Shown here: in pieces, positions 36,278-49,461 of the stretch
Layout: each line of letters starts with the position of its first letter
How positions within the stretch are numbered: position 1 is the stretch's first letter
From: Heptranchias perlo
Taxonomy: Eukaryota
Reading direction: 5' to 3'
Length of the DNA stretch: 64,000 nucleotides
Assembly: GCF_035084215.1 (NCBI RefSeq)
Contig: NC_090340.1
Location: forward strand, 3,472,001 to 3,536,000
The notes under the pieces: generated by a model
Told to the model about the DNA's origin: nothing
The model's input: only the letters and a program-made list of their open reading frames with translations
Databases searched by the model: none
Program-made: the position numbers and the translations under genes

Positions 36278-38699
36278 TGTTCATTATTCAAACTGATAGA
36301 GGCAACGACACGACTATTTCCAAGAGAAAGCTATCAACTGACTATTCCTAACTACACATTCCTGACTTTCACCAGATTGTGCATTGATTGAAGACTGATA
36401 CCGTTCTCGTAGGTCCTACAGTAACGCGCCTTTTCCATGACCGACAGTTGGTGCTGCAATTGACCTGCTTCTACTTTATACACTCAATAACTTCTCGTGT
36501 CCAATTAAGTTACATGTTCCCATAATATTATCATCTCCTCTCAGTCGTGAACCCAGGATGAACCTTACGAGCAAATAACTTATTAATTTTGAAAGACAGA
36601 TGAGGATTTCTCTCACAGTGTGGTCGAATACATAATTGATACTTTTACTTAAATTGCTGAGTTCTTCTGTGTACTTCTTTAAAATTATCATCAATATAAA
36701 GCATGTTGTCGATATTCAGTATCCCCTGGATCACCAGCTCTTTGATCGCATCTATTTTAGATGTATACATTTATTTTTGTTTCCTCTATTGAATTTCTCC
36801 TGGCTTTCCCAGGTTCGTTCCATATCGGATCTATTTCGCATCGCTTTTCAAGTTCTTACACCCTGGAGAACACTTCCGATTATGCCAGATGTGTCTTGCG
36901 TTTCATAATGATTCGCAGAGCTTACAGGTGGTTTAACAATGAGTTTTAAACATGCAAGTGGTACGAATTTAATATTTTAAATAATTCGTGCCGTAGATCC
37001 TAAGAGACAACAGCCTCTTATGGTACCTTTCGTACCGAAATGTCAAAATGCCGGAAACAATTGACAGGAATTCCCGGGTTCTTGGAGGCTAATATCTCAC
37101 TAGGTGACTTATTTTTCAGAGGAGAGTAACTTGCATTCTCTAGGAGCAAAAGAATTAAACAAAATCAAACACTGAAGTCTTTCCCATTCTCTACATTCTT
37201 CTGCCATTATGTGGAAAACATGAGTTTAATGTCTTTGTTCTTTATTTTGCATCCCCGAGAACTACCTCTACTCATTTAGGCTGTATTATATGAACGAGGT
37301 GCTTATTATGTTATTTAGATTCAGGAATGCCCAGTCGCTAAGGACCATTCTGTAGGGTGCACAAACCCATGTGTGGGTTTGAGTGTTCTCGACCAGAAAT
37401 CTTTAGTCGTAGCATAGAGACTCTGGAAATTCCAACGGGCTCCTTAACAATTCCACCCATCAAAACATATGATTTTGAATCAAACTTCCAGGGATATTTC
37501 AGAACAACAGTTCCCGGGTCCTAACGCCCGAACAGTTTCATTACTCCTCGCATCTCTTCACTAACTGAATCATTCTTACTTCAGTTGAAGAATTTCAACT
37601 AACTATCTTGCTTTATACTCTACAATTCAACTTAAGTATTTAGTAAGTGACAATTTTGTAAGTAGAGCTGAGGATTTGATCTTGGATTCTTAATGACTGA
37701 ATAATAGAAGTAAAGGTGTGTCACCGCCAGTACCTTTAAAACTGTCTGTAAAAGGAGGGCGGAACCATCTACAGCTACTATTAAAGGCACAAATGTTTTT
37801 TTTTCAATTTCTAACATTGTTACATTTAACGACAGCACCACAGGAACAATGTATAACTAGACAAGTAGAGGGGTTCCAAAATCGAAGAATTTCCATCTTT
37901 GGGAAATACAAGTTTGTTGAAACAATCGGAATCATTGGTTGATTGATTACATTATCACCATCATTACCCTTCATCATAAACCTGTGCAGCAAAATCCTGC
38001 AGGGGAAGAGCTAATTTTATTTGTTAATCTCATTTAAAATGTATAGTGTGTCGTTGTCTTTTTTTTATGCACACCAAATATATAATACTAAGCAGGATCA
38101 CTTCGCTGTCTGAATCGCCCATCCCAGGAAAACCAGCATTGATAATTTCATAATTTGATCAGACACTCGGTCTGTAACCTCTGGTCAATTAGCACCAATT
38201 ACTCCAATTCAGACCCAAAACGAAGGAAATCAATAACTCAAAAATATAACGCACATATTGAATTAAAAACATAATTAAAATGTAAGGCAGCACATGGTTG
38301 AAAACACACAAATGTTACAAATCATCTTCTTTCTTCGGCACACCTTGTAGATAACCTATAAATTCACTGAATATGAATGAGAAAATGTTAACTCCTGCCG
38401 GCAACATCAGAGATTGGATAATCTGTGTAACAATCTTAACGTGAACTAAATTGAGGCCTACCAAGGATTAACACCTCAGACGGAAAAGGGGCAAATTCAG
38501 CAAGAGCAAGGAAGCCCCACAAACCTGGGCTACACACACATTTAAAGGGGCAAAACAAGAGAAATGCTGCAGCCTGTAACGGTAGAAAAGAGATATTTCC
38601 CTCCTCTTTTTTCTCTCAGATTATTTATCTTTTTTTCACTCATTTCAACTTTCAATCTCTGATGTTTATTACCTAATCCAGTTTCGTTGCAATGTAAGA

Positions 38700-39170
38700 A
38701 ATGGGGCTTCTCAGGCTTATATTAACCTTTCTGTTCCTGGATAAGACCAGTGTGGGCTTTTAATTTCTCTCTCTTTTGCCTAATTCTGTTGCTACTTTTG
38801 GTATAACTAACCGAGGTTCTTCAAGTAACTGCATCACAGCCTTTGTCTCTGGTGTAAGATTCAACTCCTCATTCTCCTCCGATACAATCTCTTTTAATTG
38901 ATCACAACGTTTTGAACACTGTTCTCGTTCCTCATTTCTTCGGCTTTCTTTCATTCGAACTTTCCGTTTGTTCTACTAAGTGGAATAATCTAAGCAAATA
39001 TTCATTTTTATCTTGTGCTTTATTCAGCTTTTCTCATAATGTTCCACTTCCCTTCTTGAAGTGTTTATTACTATCTGTTACTGCTTTTGCAACAACAGAT
39101 AATCCCTGTGCTACTGCTGTTTTCGTCAATTACTTCGGGTTACTCAGGAAACCCATTTCGAGCACCTGAA
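38700..39170 (-). pseudogene. Possible gag-like remnant
   Basis: A/G-rich, charged, coiled-coil-like decayed reading frames about 200 nt downstream of the PBS; no diagnostic motif recognised. Confidence 0.3.
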
Positions 39171-39375
39171 CTAACTTGCTCACAGGGTCGATTTTATTGA
39201 AAAAGTCTCCGACTTTCAGGCGATCTCCGCCGTTGTTTGCAAGATATTTATCTCCTGATTTCTCAATTACTTCTGCCTCCTGTTTCCTTCCAAATGTTAT
39301 CCCGCATTTCTATGGGTAGAGTCAATGCGGAGATCGCCAATCTCGGACTCGACGGTCAAATAATCACTGCTTAAG

Positions 39376-39393
39376 TTTCTGCCGTGGTTGCCA
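39376..39393 (-). other. Primer binding site (PBS)-like sequence
   Basis: TGGCAACCACGGCAGAAA begins 1 nt after the LTR-terminal CA; partial resemblance to a tRNA-Ser PBS (TGGC.....CGGCAG). Confidence 0.7.
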
Positions 39394-39394
39394 A

Positions 39395-40436
39395 TGCTCG
39401 ATTTTGTATCGTATCAGGCCCGGTACTCCATGACCTGCTCCTTCTCTTATCCTTTATTTAATGAACAGTTTAAAACCCATGAGATAGTGATAGTCTTGAG
39501 ACACTATTTGTTTTAAAACTCACTGATATTTACACTTCTGATGGACAATTCCTATTAACTCTAAGACTACTGTGATTCGTGTGTGCCAAATGCGACTGCA
39601 CGAAAATGTTGCAATATTGCACTCCATGAATTTCATAATCACTGGAGCGTGAAAGATATTTCAGATAGAATGAAAGATTAGATTCACAATTTATCCCAGG
39701 AAAAGCGAGGTTGAGTGAGATGGGCCTTTATTCTCTGGAGCTTAGAACAATGAGAGGGGATCTCATTGAAACGTATAAAACTCTTAGCGGGCTTGACAGG
39801 TTGGATGCTGAGAGGCTGTTTCCCCTTGCTGGAGAGTCTAGAACTGGAGAGCATAGTCTCAGGATAAGGGGTCGGACATTGAAGACTGAGATGAGGAGCA
39901 ATTTCTTCACTCAGAAGGTTGTGAATCTTTGGAATTCTCTACCCCAGAGGGGTGTGCCTGTTTAGTCGTTCATCACATTCAAAGCTGAGATTGATAGATT
40001 GTTGGACTCTAATGGAATCACGGTATTTGGGGATCAGTCGAGAAAGTGGAGTTGAGGTCGAAGATCAGCCGTGATCTTATTGAATGGCGCGGCATGCTCG
40101 AGGGGCCGTTTGGCCTACCCCTGTTCCTATTTCTTATGCTGTTATGGTCTTATGATATTAAAAACTTAAACCAGACACGTTGTCTCCAAACTAGCCATAA
40201 TTCTTTAAAATACCCATTTATGCTTCTAAAATTGCATTAAACGTCCGGCTTGCTTAGCTTTGTCCTGCGGAATCATAATGAGTTCATCTAAACCACGTGC
40301 TAGCCTCTATCACACAGACTACATTGTCGTAATACAAAAATATTAATACTGACTTTTGTATTGTTAATCTATTTTACTCATTATTATTTCTCACATGAAC
40401 TAATCTCTCCACCGAATCACGGCCAGTGTATATCTA
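39395..40436 (-). mobile_element. 5' LTR of the provirus (interrupted by a CR1; outer end cut by a Penelope insertion)
   Basis: Aligns with both pieces of the 3' LTR; minus-strand AATAAA at 39453-39458; TATA-position motif TGTAAATA at about 39527-39534. Confidence 0.78.
39697..40150 (+). mobile_element. CR1 3' fragment
   Basis: GLYSLELRTMRGDLIETYK..NFFTQKVVNLWNSLP, followed by the 3' UTR hairpin and ttcttatg tail. Confidence 0.92.
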
Positions 40437-41068
40437 TGATGTGGAGATGCCGATGATGGTCTGGGGTGAACAAATGTAAGGAGTCGCACAACACCAGGTT
40501 ATAGTCCAACAGCTTTGTTTGAAATCACAAGCTTTCGGAGCTTTGCTCCTTCGTCAGGTGAAGTGAAGAGTTGCATAAAGGCACTGCATATATAGTCAGA
40601 GAACAATGCCTGATGATTACAGATAATCTTTCTAACTGCCCTTTATAACACCTCGGCAGAGAGATAATCACAGCAATCAAATGAGTGAATGTTGTTCAAA
40701 CAGGTTAGTCAGGGAAACATTACATCCAAGAATACTGAGGTGGGGTCACCAAGGGTCAAATGTAGCAGATGCTGGGGTATGTATTAAAAGCAGATAACTT
40801 TTTTTTGCTGGAAATTGCAGCAGGTCCTGCCGCACCTGTGTATGGAGAACAAGTCAACTACGACTTGAGTCTGGATGACTCTACGTCAGGTGGGGTTACA
40901 CGTAACGTGACATGAACCCAAGATCCCGGTTGAGGCTGTCCTCATGGGTGCGGAACTTGGCTATCAATTTCTGCTCGACGATTTTGCGTTGTCTTATGTC
41001 TTGAAGGCCGCCTTGGAGAACGCTTACCCGAAGATCGGAGGCTGAATGTCCTTGACTGCTGAAGTCGT
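40437..41068 (-). mobile_element. Penelope-like 3' fragment (GIY-YIG C-terminus + pLTR + tail) with a hammerhead at 40526-40560
   Basis: FSSQGHSASDLRVSVLQGGL..EQKLIAKFRTHEDSLNRD; minus strand cac-CTGACGA-aggagc-aaa-gctcc-GAAA-gctt-gtg; tail read on + as tgatgtggagatgcc. Confidence 0.88.
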
Positions 41069-41949
41069 TCGCAATATCCAAGTGAGCTCGTCATCACCCG
41101 TAGGAAAAACAGAGTGGCTCCATATTGAATAGGTAGCCTTTTGCATTGGTGAAATGCGCTCTCCAGTCGCTTGGGTCTTGCGGGAATTGAACACTATTTT
41201 CTGGGGTAGCACAATTGCACCAATTAGGGGAAAGCTGGTACTTCGGAAGTGTTCATGGGGGAGTTAAAGTCAGCGATTCGGTCTGTTAAGGGGTGGGGAT
41301 AGGTTTTAGGATAGTGCAAGCAAGTAATTGCTGTTATGGGAGGTGGGTAGCCATGATACCAGATCCTAAGCTCATACCCGCTTAACCAAAGTGCATTGCG
41401 AAGGATTAGTAGCTGTTGGGTTGAATTTCTGAGATTGTCTGTGAATTTGTCATCCACTAACTTCAGCAGAAGAGCCATGGAATCTTGCAAAACGGCATAA
41501 ACATTGTTTCGACTGTTCATCTGAGTTTCTGTATTTCTGCCACTGAAGTTACGGTGAAGTCTGAGAACCCCTAAGCAATTCACCGTTGAAATTTTTAGAT
41601 GGTGAAAATTTTGCTAGCTCCCAGAGTGCCCAGGGACAAAGGGGAGAATATCTGGTGATTTAACTTGCCTGCCCTGGACAGGTCACTGGTCTCATTGTGT
41701 CAGTGGTCTTCAGTTCTTATCGTTAGAGTGTTGGCACTCAGTGGTACTACCCTCCAATTGGTGCTAATGGCATTTCTGGCGGCTTTCCTGCAATGGACAT
41801 CAAGCAGTCTGTGATTCCTCATCTCAATTTTGCCAGATTCCGTGAAATTCGTGAGAAATAGGAGGTAAATTTATTTCTCTTTTCCAGCACTTCAGGTGGC
41901 AGCCATTCCAATGCATCTATCAGTCGGTGGTTCAAACCCAACAGTTTTC

Positions 41950-43330
41950 TTCTATAGACTGGGCCCACGAGATATTCATCTGTGCCCTCTGCAGCATGGC
42001 AAGGATATGAGCTCAGCCTACGGAGAGCTGGGTAAAGGGCCGTTCTAGCTTTTTCTCATCTGCACAAGTGCTCTGTGAATCACTGATCCTCTAAACAACG
42101 CCAGTATTGAATTCAGGTCGAGTGATTTTGGATCTTGAAGTGGGCTGTTCTTCTCTTCCTCTGTTGCGATAGGGCCGTGACATCAACTGGACCTGGAAAG
42201 TAAGGTGAGTGACAAGGTTTCACAGTTAGTAACAAGGGTTTGCAGCTATTTACATGGGTTAGCAGAAACCAATGAGCAGGAGCTCAAAGCAGCAACAGTT
42301 TGAATGGGGGAGAGTGTTCAGCGAGCAGCGAAAAGGAAGGTAAGATGGTCAAACAAAGATAGAACGTATGCTCCAGCCTTACCAATTGCGATCGTTCTGA
42401 CCAACGCTCTGCCGACTACATGGCGATCTGTTTAATTGTTGACACCACTTGCAATGATGGTAGCCCTCCTCCTCTCAGATATTTATGCCAACTTGTCCTG
42501 CTAGAAAAAAATGATTGCCTTAATATGTGACCTCCTGAAAGGTTGTAAATATGTGTGGCTCGAGGTTGAATCATGCGTATGATGCGTGGAAGATGCTGCA
42601 AGTATGGGATTGAGGGGAATAATTGTAAGCAGAGTAGCACGTGTAGAGAATGTTCGAAGCAGCAGAAGGTGGTTCAGTGAAATGCGCTGCTGTGAGTGCT
42701 GGGCTCCAAGTGTTTCAGGACTACGCAGAGTAAGTGGGAAGTGAGTAGGAGTCTTACCTTATCACCTCTGGTCAAATCATTGAATTGTTTCCCACATTGC
42801 TGCCAGGCCCTGGGATATATGCACCATTCATTCAACTGCTCAGCCACTTCCATGCACTGTTGGCGGGCTAGTTGCTTTGACACCCTTCTCAAGTCGTCCT
42901 CCTGCTGACCACCTCCATAAGGAGCTCCAGCACCGTCCGAGATCATTGGGGCCATTGCAGTGCTCATTCTGATTGTATTCGCCCCTTTCAAGCACAGTAA
43001 CATTCAGTACTGGCAAACTGCAGCGCCACCCATTTAAGCGGTACACGCCTTGAAATGACGCCACTGTCGTACGATTTTCCATTCTCCTAATGGGCGAGCT
43101 GACAACAACCAGCATAGTAGCACAGACAGCTTGTCCACCGTGGTCAACAGAGTCACCAAGCGAATTTGGTTCCTGCCTCTCGCACACGTCATTGTGCGGG
43201 TGCAGCATCACTTCACGCCCCTTTTGGCATACGTTGAATATCTCTCCCCACTCTCAATTACAAGCCACCTCATTTGACACCGCCCCGCACCTGGTCCTCC
43301 ATTCTGATCTTCAGTGAAAATTTTCCGACA
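41950..43330 (-). mobile_element. Harbinger-type element remnant with a Myb/SANT-like DNA-binding exon
   Basis: ORF 42674..43003 (MEVAEQLN...PRAWQQCGKQFNDLTR) followed by a splice donor (cttacc on +, about 42753) resembles the trihelix partner protein of Harbinger elements. Boundaries are approximate. Confidence 0.62.
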
Positions 43331-43723
43331 TGACCACATTGACTGCAAAGTCATTCATTAGTTGAGATTATTTTGAGCAATTCTAAAGTCCTGGAAGCTG
43401 CGGAATAAAGGCAAGTTCTTTCTTTTTAACTGCGAAGGATGATGGGATGTTTTTATGTCAAAGACGGAGACCACTGTCCCATCAATTTCATCTTCTTTCT
43501 CAAATAGGTTACATACCACGTTTTTCCCCACCCCAGCTCTGATCCTTATCACTGGGTTAGGGGGTCCCATCTACCCCTCTAACCACCATATTCATCGTCT
43601 GTTCAAAACCGACCTCCTGCTCCCTCCATCTCTTTAAACCAATAGTAGCTGCAATAGTGAGTGTGTATACACGTAACCATTATCATTACAAAATAAAGTA
43701 AATTATGAGTATTTGGAAATATT

Positions 43724-43862
43724 GGGGTAGATTTGCAACTTGCCTCCCGAGCGTAAAACTGGCGTTGAAGTCAATGGAAATTAAATACGGGCGGGGCCCA
43801 CAATTGGCGGGTGATCTGCTTCACCGGATAACTGCCTGGGCAGTTAACGTGAAACTTAGCTC
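43724..43862. mobile_element. MITE-like element
   Basis: ggggtagatttgcaactt left end and central ttgaagtcaatggaa motif, shared with 47969-48142. Confidence 0.6.
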
Positions 43863-44423
43863 TATTCTGAACTAGATTCCAGCAATAACTCACAACTCAC
43901 ATATGTCTGTTAGAGGGGTTCAACTAGTCTTTAAAGACACTTCCTTGAAAGGGGTGATGAAGCTGCATGTCTCATCTTCATGGGATCCATGTATCCATTT
44001 GGACAAAACATGTCTCCAAGGCATCCACATTCCTTTAACAACGTCTTCTCTTTCTGCAAAGAAAAGGCGGTAAACAACCACCGATGGACAACTGTATCTG
44101 ACAGATAAACGAGAAGGTTGAAAACCCACAGTCGATACGAACAGTAAGATCTGCAAATAACACGCAGTCATTCAGCTGAGGCTGTAGGAGATGTCTGGAA
44201 CAAGAAGAGTCTGGTTAATGCAGGGCAGTAGAGTTTTCACTGGATTAAATGGTGAGCAATAGTGAGAATGAGGACCGGGGCTTGAAAGAGAGGGAGAGTG
44301 TCGTTCGTGCATGGGGGGTGGAGTATGGACAGCCATGAGCTAAGGAGTCTAAGGACCCAAACTTACAGCCCAGTGTTGAAGAGTTTTATGATTAGAGAGC
44401 ATCGCTCTTAAGCGGAGGCAGTA

Positions 44424-47400
44424 GAATCATAGAAAGTTTACAGTACAGAAGGAGGCCAATTGGTCCATCGAGTCCGCGCCGGTTTATTGCAAGACAAATC
44501 TAGCTAGTCCCGCTCCACAACACTATTCCCGTAGAACGACATTTTTTTTATTTCAAGGACATATTCAGCTCCCTTTTGAAGGCCATGATTGAATCTGCCT
44601 CCACCATCCCCTCTGGCAGTGCATTCCAGATCCTAACCATTCGCTGTGTAAAAACGTCTTTCCTCATGTCACCTTTGGTTCTTTTGCCAAACACCTTAAA
44701 TCTATATCCTCTGGTTGTTGACAATTCCGCTAATGGAAACAGTTTCTCTCTATCTGCTCTGTTTAAAACCTTCATCATTTTGAATACCTCTATCAAATCT
44801 CCTCGCAACCATCTCTGTTCCAACGAGAAAAAAACCCAGCTTCTCCAATCTATCCACGTAACTAAAGACCTTCATCCCTGGAATCATTCCAGTAAATCTC
44901 TTCTGCGCGCTCTCTAAGGCCTTTACAACTTTCCTCAAGTGCGTTGCCCAGAACTGCACGCAATATTCCAGTTGCGGCCTAACCAGTGTTTTATAAAGGT
45001 TCATCATGACTTCCATACTTCTGTATTCTATGCCTCTATTGATAAAGCCCAGTATCCCGTCGGCTTTTTTAATCGATTTCTCAACCTGTCCTGCTACCTT
45101 CAACGACTTGTTCACGTACATCCCCAGATCTCTTTTTCTTGTACCTATTTTGGAGTTGTGCCGTTTAGTTTATATTGCATCTTCTCGTTCTTCCTACCGA
45201 AATGTATCATTTCGCATTTTTTGAGTTAAATTTCATCTACCACGTGCCTTCCCATGGCACCAGCCTGTCTATATCCTCTTGAAATCTATCACAATCCTCC
45301 TCACTGTTTGCTACCCTTCCAAATTTAGTGTCATCTGCCAATTTTGAAATTGTGCCCGGTACACCCAAGTCCAAGTCATAAATATATATCAAGAAAAACC
45401 CAGCACCCAGCACCGACCCCTGGGCAACACCACTGTATACCTCCCTCCAACCGAAAAACAACCGATCACCACTGCTCTCTGTTTCCTGTCACTTAACCAA
45501 TTCTGTATCCATGTTGCTACTTCACCCTTTATTCCATAGGCCGTAATCTTGAATATAAGCCTACCACACGGCACTTTATCAAATGCCTTTTGAAAGTCCA
45601 TATGCACCACATCAACTGCATTGCCCTCGTCTAACCTTTCGGTTACCTCATCGAAAAACTCTATCAGGACAGTTAAAAACGATTTGCCTTTAACAAATCC
45701 GTGCTGGCTTCCCCTAATCAATCTACACTCGATCAAGTGACTGTTAATTCATTCCCGGAATATTCTTCCTAAAAGTTTCCCTACCACTGAGGTTAAACTG
45801 ATTGGCCTGTAGTTGCTGGGTTTATCCTTACACTCTTTTTTTGAACAATCGTGTAACACTTGCAAATCTACAGTCCTCTGGCACCAACCCGTATCTAAGG
45901 GTGTTTGGAAGATTATGGCCAGTACCTCCGCAATTTCCATCCTTACTTCCCTCAGCAACCTAGGGTGCATCCCATCCGGACCGGATGAATTATTTACTTT
46001 AAGTACAGCTAGCCTTTCAAGTACCTCTTCTTTATCAATTTTCAGCCCATCCAGTATCTCAACTATATCTTCCTTCACTGAAATTCTGGCATCATCTTCT
46101 TCCTTGGTAAAGAAAGATGCTACATACTCATTTAATACTTCAGCCATCCCCTCTGCCTCCACGAGTCGATCTTCATTATGGTCCCTATTCGGCCGTACCC
46201 CTCCTCTTGCTGCTCCTTTACTGGTTACATGCCTGTAGAAGACTTTTGGATTCCCTTTTATATTGGCCACCATTCAATTCTCATTCTCTATCTCTGCCAA
46301 ACTTATTTCCTTTTTCACTTCCCCTTTGAACTTCTTTATATTCTGCCTGGTTGTCAATTGTATTTTCAACGTGACGTCTCTCATACGCCCCTTTTTTCCG
46401 TTTCATCTTACTCACTATGTCTTTTGTCATCCAGGGAGCTCTGGTTTTAGTTGCCCTACGTATTTGACTAATGGGAATGTGCCTAAACTGTACCCGAACC
46501 ATCTCCTATATAAATGCAGCCCACCGTTCAATTACAGTTTTGCCTGCCAATCTTTGATTCTGATTTACCCAGGCCAGAACTGTTCTCATCCCATTGAAAT
46601 TTGCCCTCCTCCAATTGAGTATTTTTTCTTTAGAGTGGCCAATATCCTTTTTCCATAGCTATTCTAAACCTAATGATAATATCATCGCTGCTCCATAAAT
46701 GTTCTACCACTGACACTTGCTCCACTTGTACTGCCTCATTCCCTAGAACCAAGTCCAGCAATGCCTCCTTCGCCTTTGGGGCCGAAACGTACTGGCCAAG
46801 AAAGTTATCCTCAACACACTTCAAAAATTCTTCCCCCTCTTTGCCCCATATGTTATTATTGTTATCCCAGTCTATGTTAGGATAGTTGAAGTCGCCAGTT
46901 ATCACTACTCTATACCTTTTGCAGCTCTCTTTAATTTTCCTGCCAATTTGCTCCTCTATATCCTTCCAACTAGTTGGTGGCCTATAGAATACACCCAGTA
47001 GTATAATGGCACCTCTTTTATTCCTTAACTCTAACAAAATAGATTCTGCCCTTGACCGCTCCAGAGCATCCTCCCTCTCCAGTACTGCAATATTCTCCTT
47101 AATCAATACTGACACCCCCTCCTTTCTTTCCTTCCCTATATTTCCTGAGCACCTTGTATCCAGGAATATTTTGTAACCAATCCTGCTCTTTTTAAAGCCA
47201 GGTCTTCGTTATCGCCATGACATCTATTACCATGTGGCTATTTGAACCTGCAGCTCACTAACCTTGTTTATCACGCTTCATGAATTTACGCCCATGCACT
47301 GCAAACCAGTCTTGGAATTTCTTGTGCTCTCTCTTAGTCTGATCCCACTCAATACTGTACTATTACTTGTTCTAGTGCTATCTTTTTCTACCGATCCTTT

Positions 47401-47710
47401 GTGCTCCTTGTTTCTCCTTTCTACTGCTACAACCTGGTGCCCATCCTCCTGCCAAATTAGTTCAAACCACCCTCCACCAACACACCATTAGCAAATTTCC
47501 CCACGACGACATTGGTCCCAACTCCGTTCAGGTGCAACACGTTCCAAGTTCCCCAGAACTGATCCCAATGCCCCAGGAATCTAAAGCCCTCCCTCCAGCA
47601 CCATCTCTGCAGCCGCGCATTCATCTGCTTTATCATTCATTTTCTATACATGCGAGCTTGTGGCACCGTGAGTAATCCGAAGATTACTACCTTTGCGATC
47701 CTGCTTCTAA
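44424..47710 (-). mobile_element. CR1 LINE, ORF2 nearly complete but disrupted, plus the end of ORF1
   Basis: EN (GVFYRPP, GDFNYPNIDW, LDLVL), RT (SGPDGMHPRLL, SQHGFVKGKS, LADDTK, YKTLVRPQLEYC); tail agaatcatagaaag. Confidence 0.95.
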
Positions 47711-47968
47711 AGTAGATGTGGTTCCCATTCATATAGTTACAATAATGGAGAAGTGAAACTCCTTATTGTGGGTATTGTAGCGTGGTGGCTATGGGGCCGG
47801 ACTAGCATCCAGGCGGTCATGGCAAGTTTTGAAATTGTATTAAGTTAAATTAATTTTTAATTTCTGTATAGATGACAATCTCAGAATGGTTCAGTAATGT
47901 CCCTCCGAAAAAAGAGCCTGTTATCCATACCTGGTCTGTTCAACATGCGACATTCCATCAGGCTCTTC

Positions 47969-48142
47969 GGGGGTAAAATTCAACTTCGATGGGAATACAA
48001 AACAGACAATAGTGCATTGGCTGCCCGTTACACGCACCACTTCATTTTGTTTTCCATTGAAGTCAATCGGGCGATTTGTATAACGTTCGACCGATCTACT
48101 ACCATCCTTTTTGTGCCCCATTGATGTTGAATTTCACTCCCT
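47969..48142. mobile_element. MITE-like element
   Basis: ggggtaaaattcaac ... gttgaatttcactccc inverted termini. Confidence 0.68.
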
Positions 48143-49461
48143 TAAAATTATGAGGGCAGCTATTGATGGGACCACATGCCAAGAACAGAACATTAATTAA
48201 TACGATCCACTACAAGCATCTGCAACACATTGCAGGATGTTTCCCAGGACAAAAGAAGACCCAGTAGAGAGTGACGATCCAATATGGCGCCAGGTGGATG
48301 TACAGGAGAGCAGAGATGACCTCCAGAGGGGCAGTTACCAAATCAGCCTGAGAGCATCAGATTTGATCCGATACCTGGTTGAGACGATTCTTAATGACAC
48401 TGAATAGAAGCAGCTCTGCGCTTCATCGGTGACTACTTCATTAAGACAAGAAATACATCAAGTTTCTAAGGCTCCAGACGAACCAATCTAGCCATTCACC
48501 GCTCAAACTCATCTGCCTGTAGTCGGCTCTGTGGCACTTTGAAATTGCCATGGATTTCATTACATCTTTTGCCCCTTTGTCTGTGGAAGTCTTAGTGGCA
48601 CCATGAGCCATAACTTTATAGAATAGCGCAGATCACCATTTACGCATTGGGAAATACACCTCCACAGAGCAAATCTGCATTTCCGGAAGATTTGACTAAA
48701 CAGAACAGTAAAAGTTTCAATTGACGTTCCAGAACACTAAACAACTCAAACTGGTCAGCAGACAAATTAGAACATACCTTTAGCTGCTTTGACCGAAACA
48801 GCTTAAAGTGGGATCTACCTCATAGATGACATTCTGTAGCCCATACCATCAGTTTTTGGTTGGCATGGAATTAGTGTGAATATTGTGAAAAATGGACGGG
48901 GACTGGCGACGTGTAAATGCGATGGGCCAACCAACTATGACGCTTTTCAGGGGAATGATAGGTTTTTAATGGATCCTTTGGTTCAGTCAGTTAGTGCCAG
49001 ATTTTGAGAAGGAGAAATCTCCCCAATTTTCCTTCAATTTGTGCTCCAAAATCATCTAAAATGAATGGAAAATGTAAGGAAAATACAAACATTCATTCTG
49101 CACTCGTTTCACATAAAACTTTGATTTTATATTATCTTCTCTATTAAATATAGAAAATTTGGGAAGTAGAAAGTAGTGATTAATTGGCCTTTAGAAACTT
49201 TTTCGCACAATAAGCTTAGGAGCTGTGCGATGTGGCCTGAATTCCCTCTGTGATGACTATGTAAGCTGAATTTCCTCTCTCTAAATTCACGTGCGCAGTT
49301 TGGCTGTTGCTCCGTAGTCATTACTTTTATTTTATATTTTTCTCTTGGGACCTCTCAGCTCTTTCTCTCCTGCCTCCTCTCCTTCCTGCCACCCAGTCTT
49401 GCAACCTTTCATTTCTCATTTCCAGGGCACTTTGGCCCCGAACCCCTCCCCCACGCCATCA

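Larger units (their letters stand above)
32100..37990 (-). pseudogene. Possible env-like remnant in three pieces (about 37990-36280, 34865-34465, 32410-32100)
   Basis: Manual minus-strand translation gives, in order: acceptor cttcccctgcag near 37997, a hydrophobic N-terminal part, SGIIGSVLQGV followed by heptad-like KIDAIKELVIQGILNID / EELSNLSKSINYVF, Cys-rich PDLLIDCTGRNTSCLMSC..VCRM..TCSVT, and TM-proximal GRHPWIRIMSELLVVAKVL. It lies just 5' of the PPT and has many stops and frameshifts. Confidence 0.45.

Noticed and set aside
41090-41900. 119-aa ORF 41224..41583 as a gene or viral remnant
   Set aside because: No motif recognised; probably very old unclassified repeat sequence.
43895-44171. 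Minus-strand exon-like segment with acceptor and GTGAGT donor
   Set aside because: No recognisable protein similarity and the frames examined close within the segment; at most non-coding.
48150-48500. Harbinger transposase remnant (AIDGT-like, CNTL-like words)
   Set aside because: Only short words with large gaps; too weak to call.
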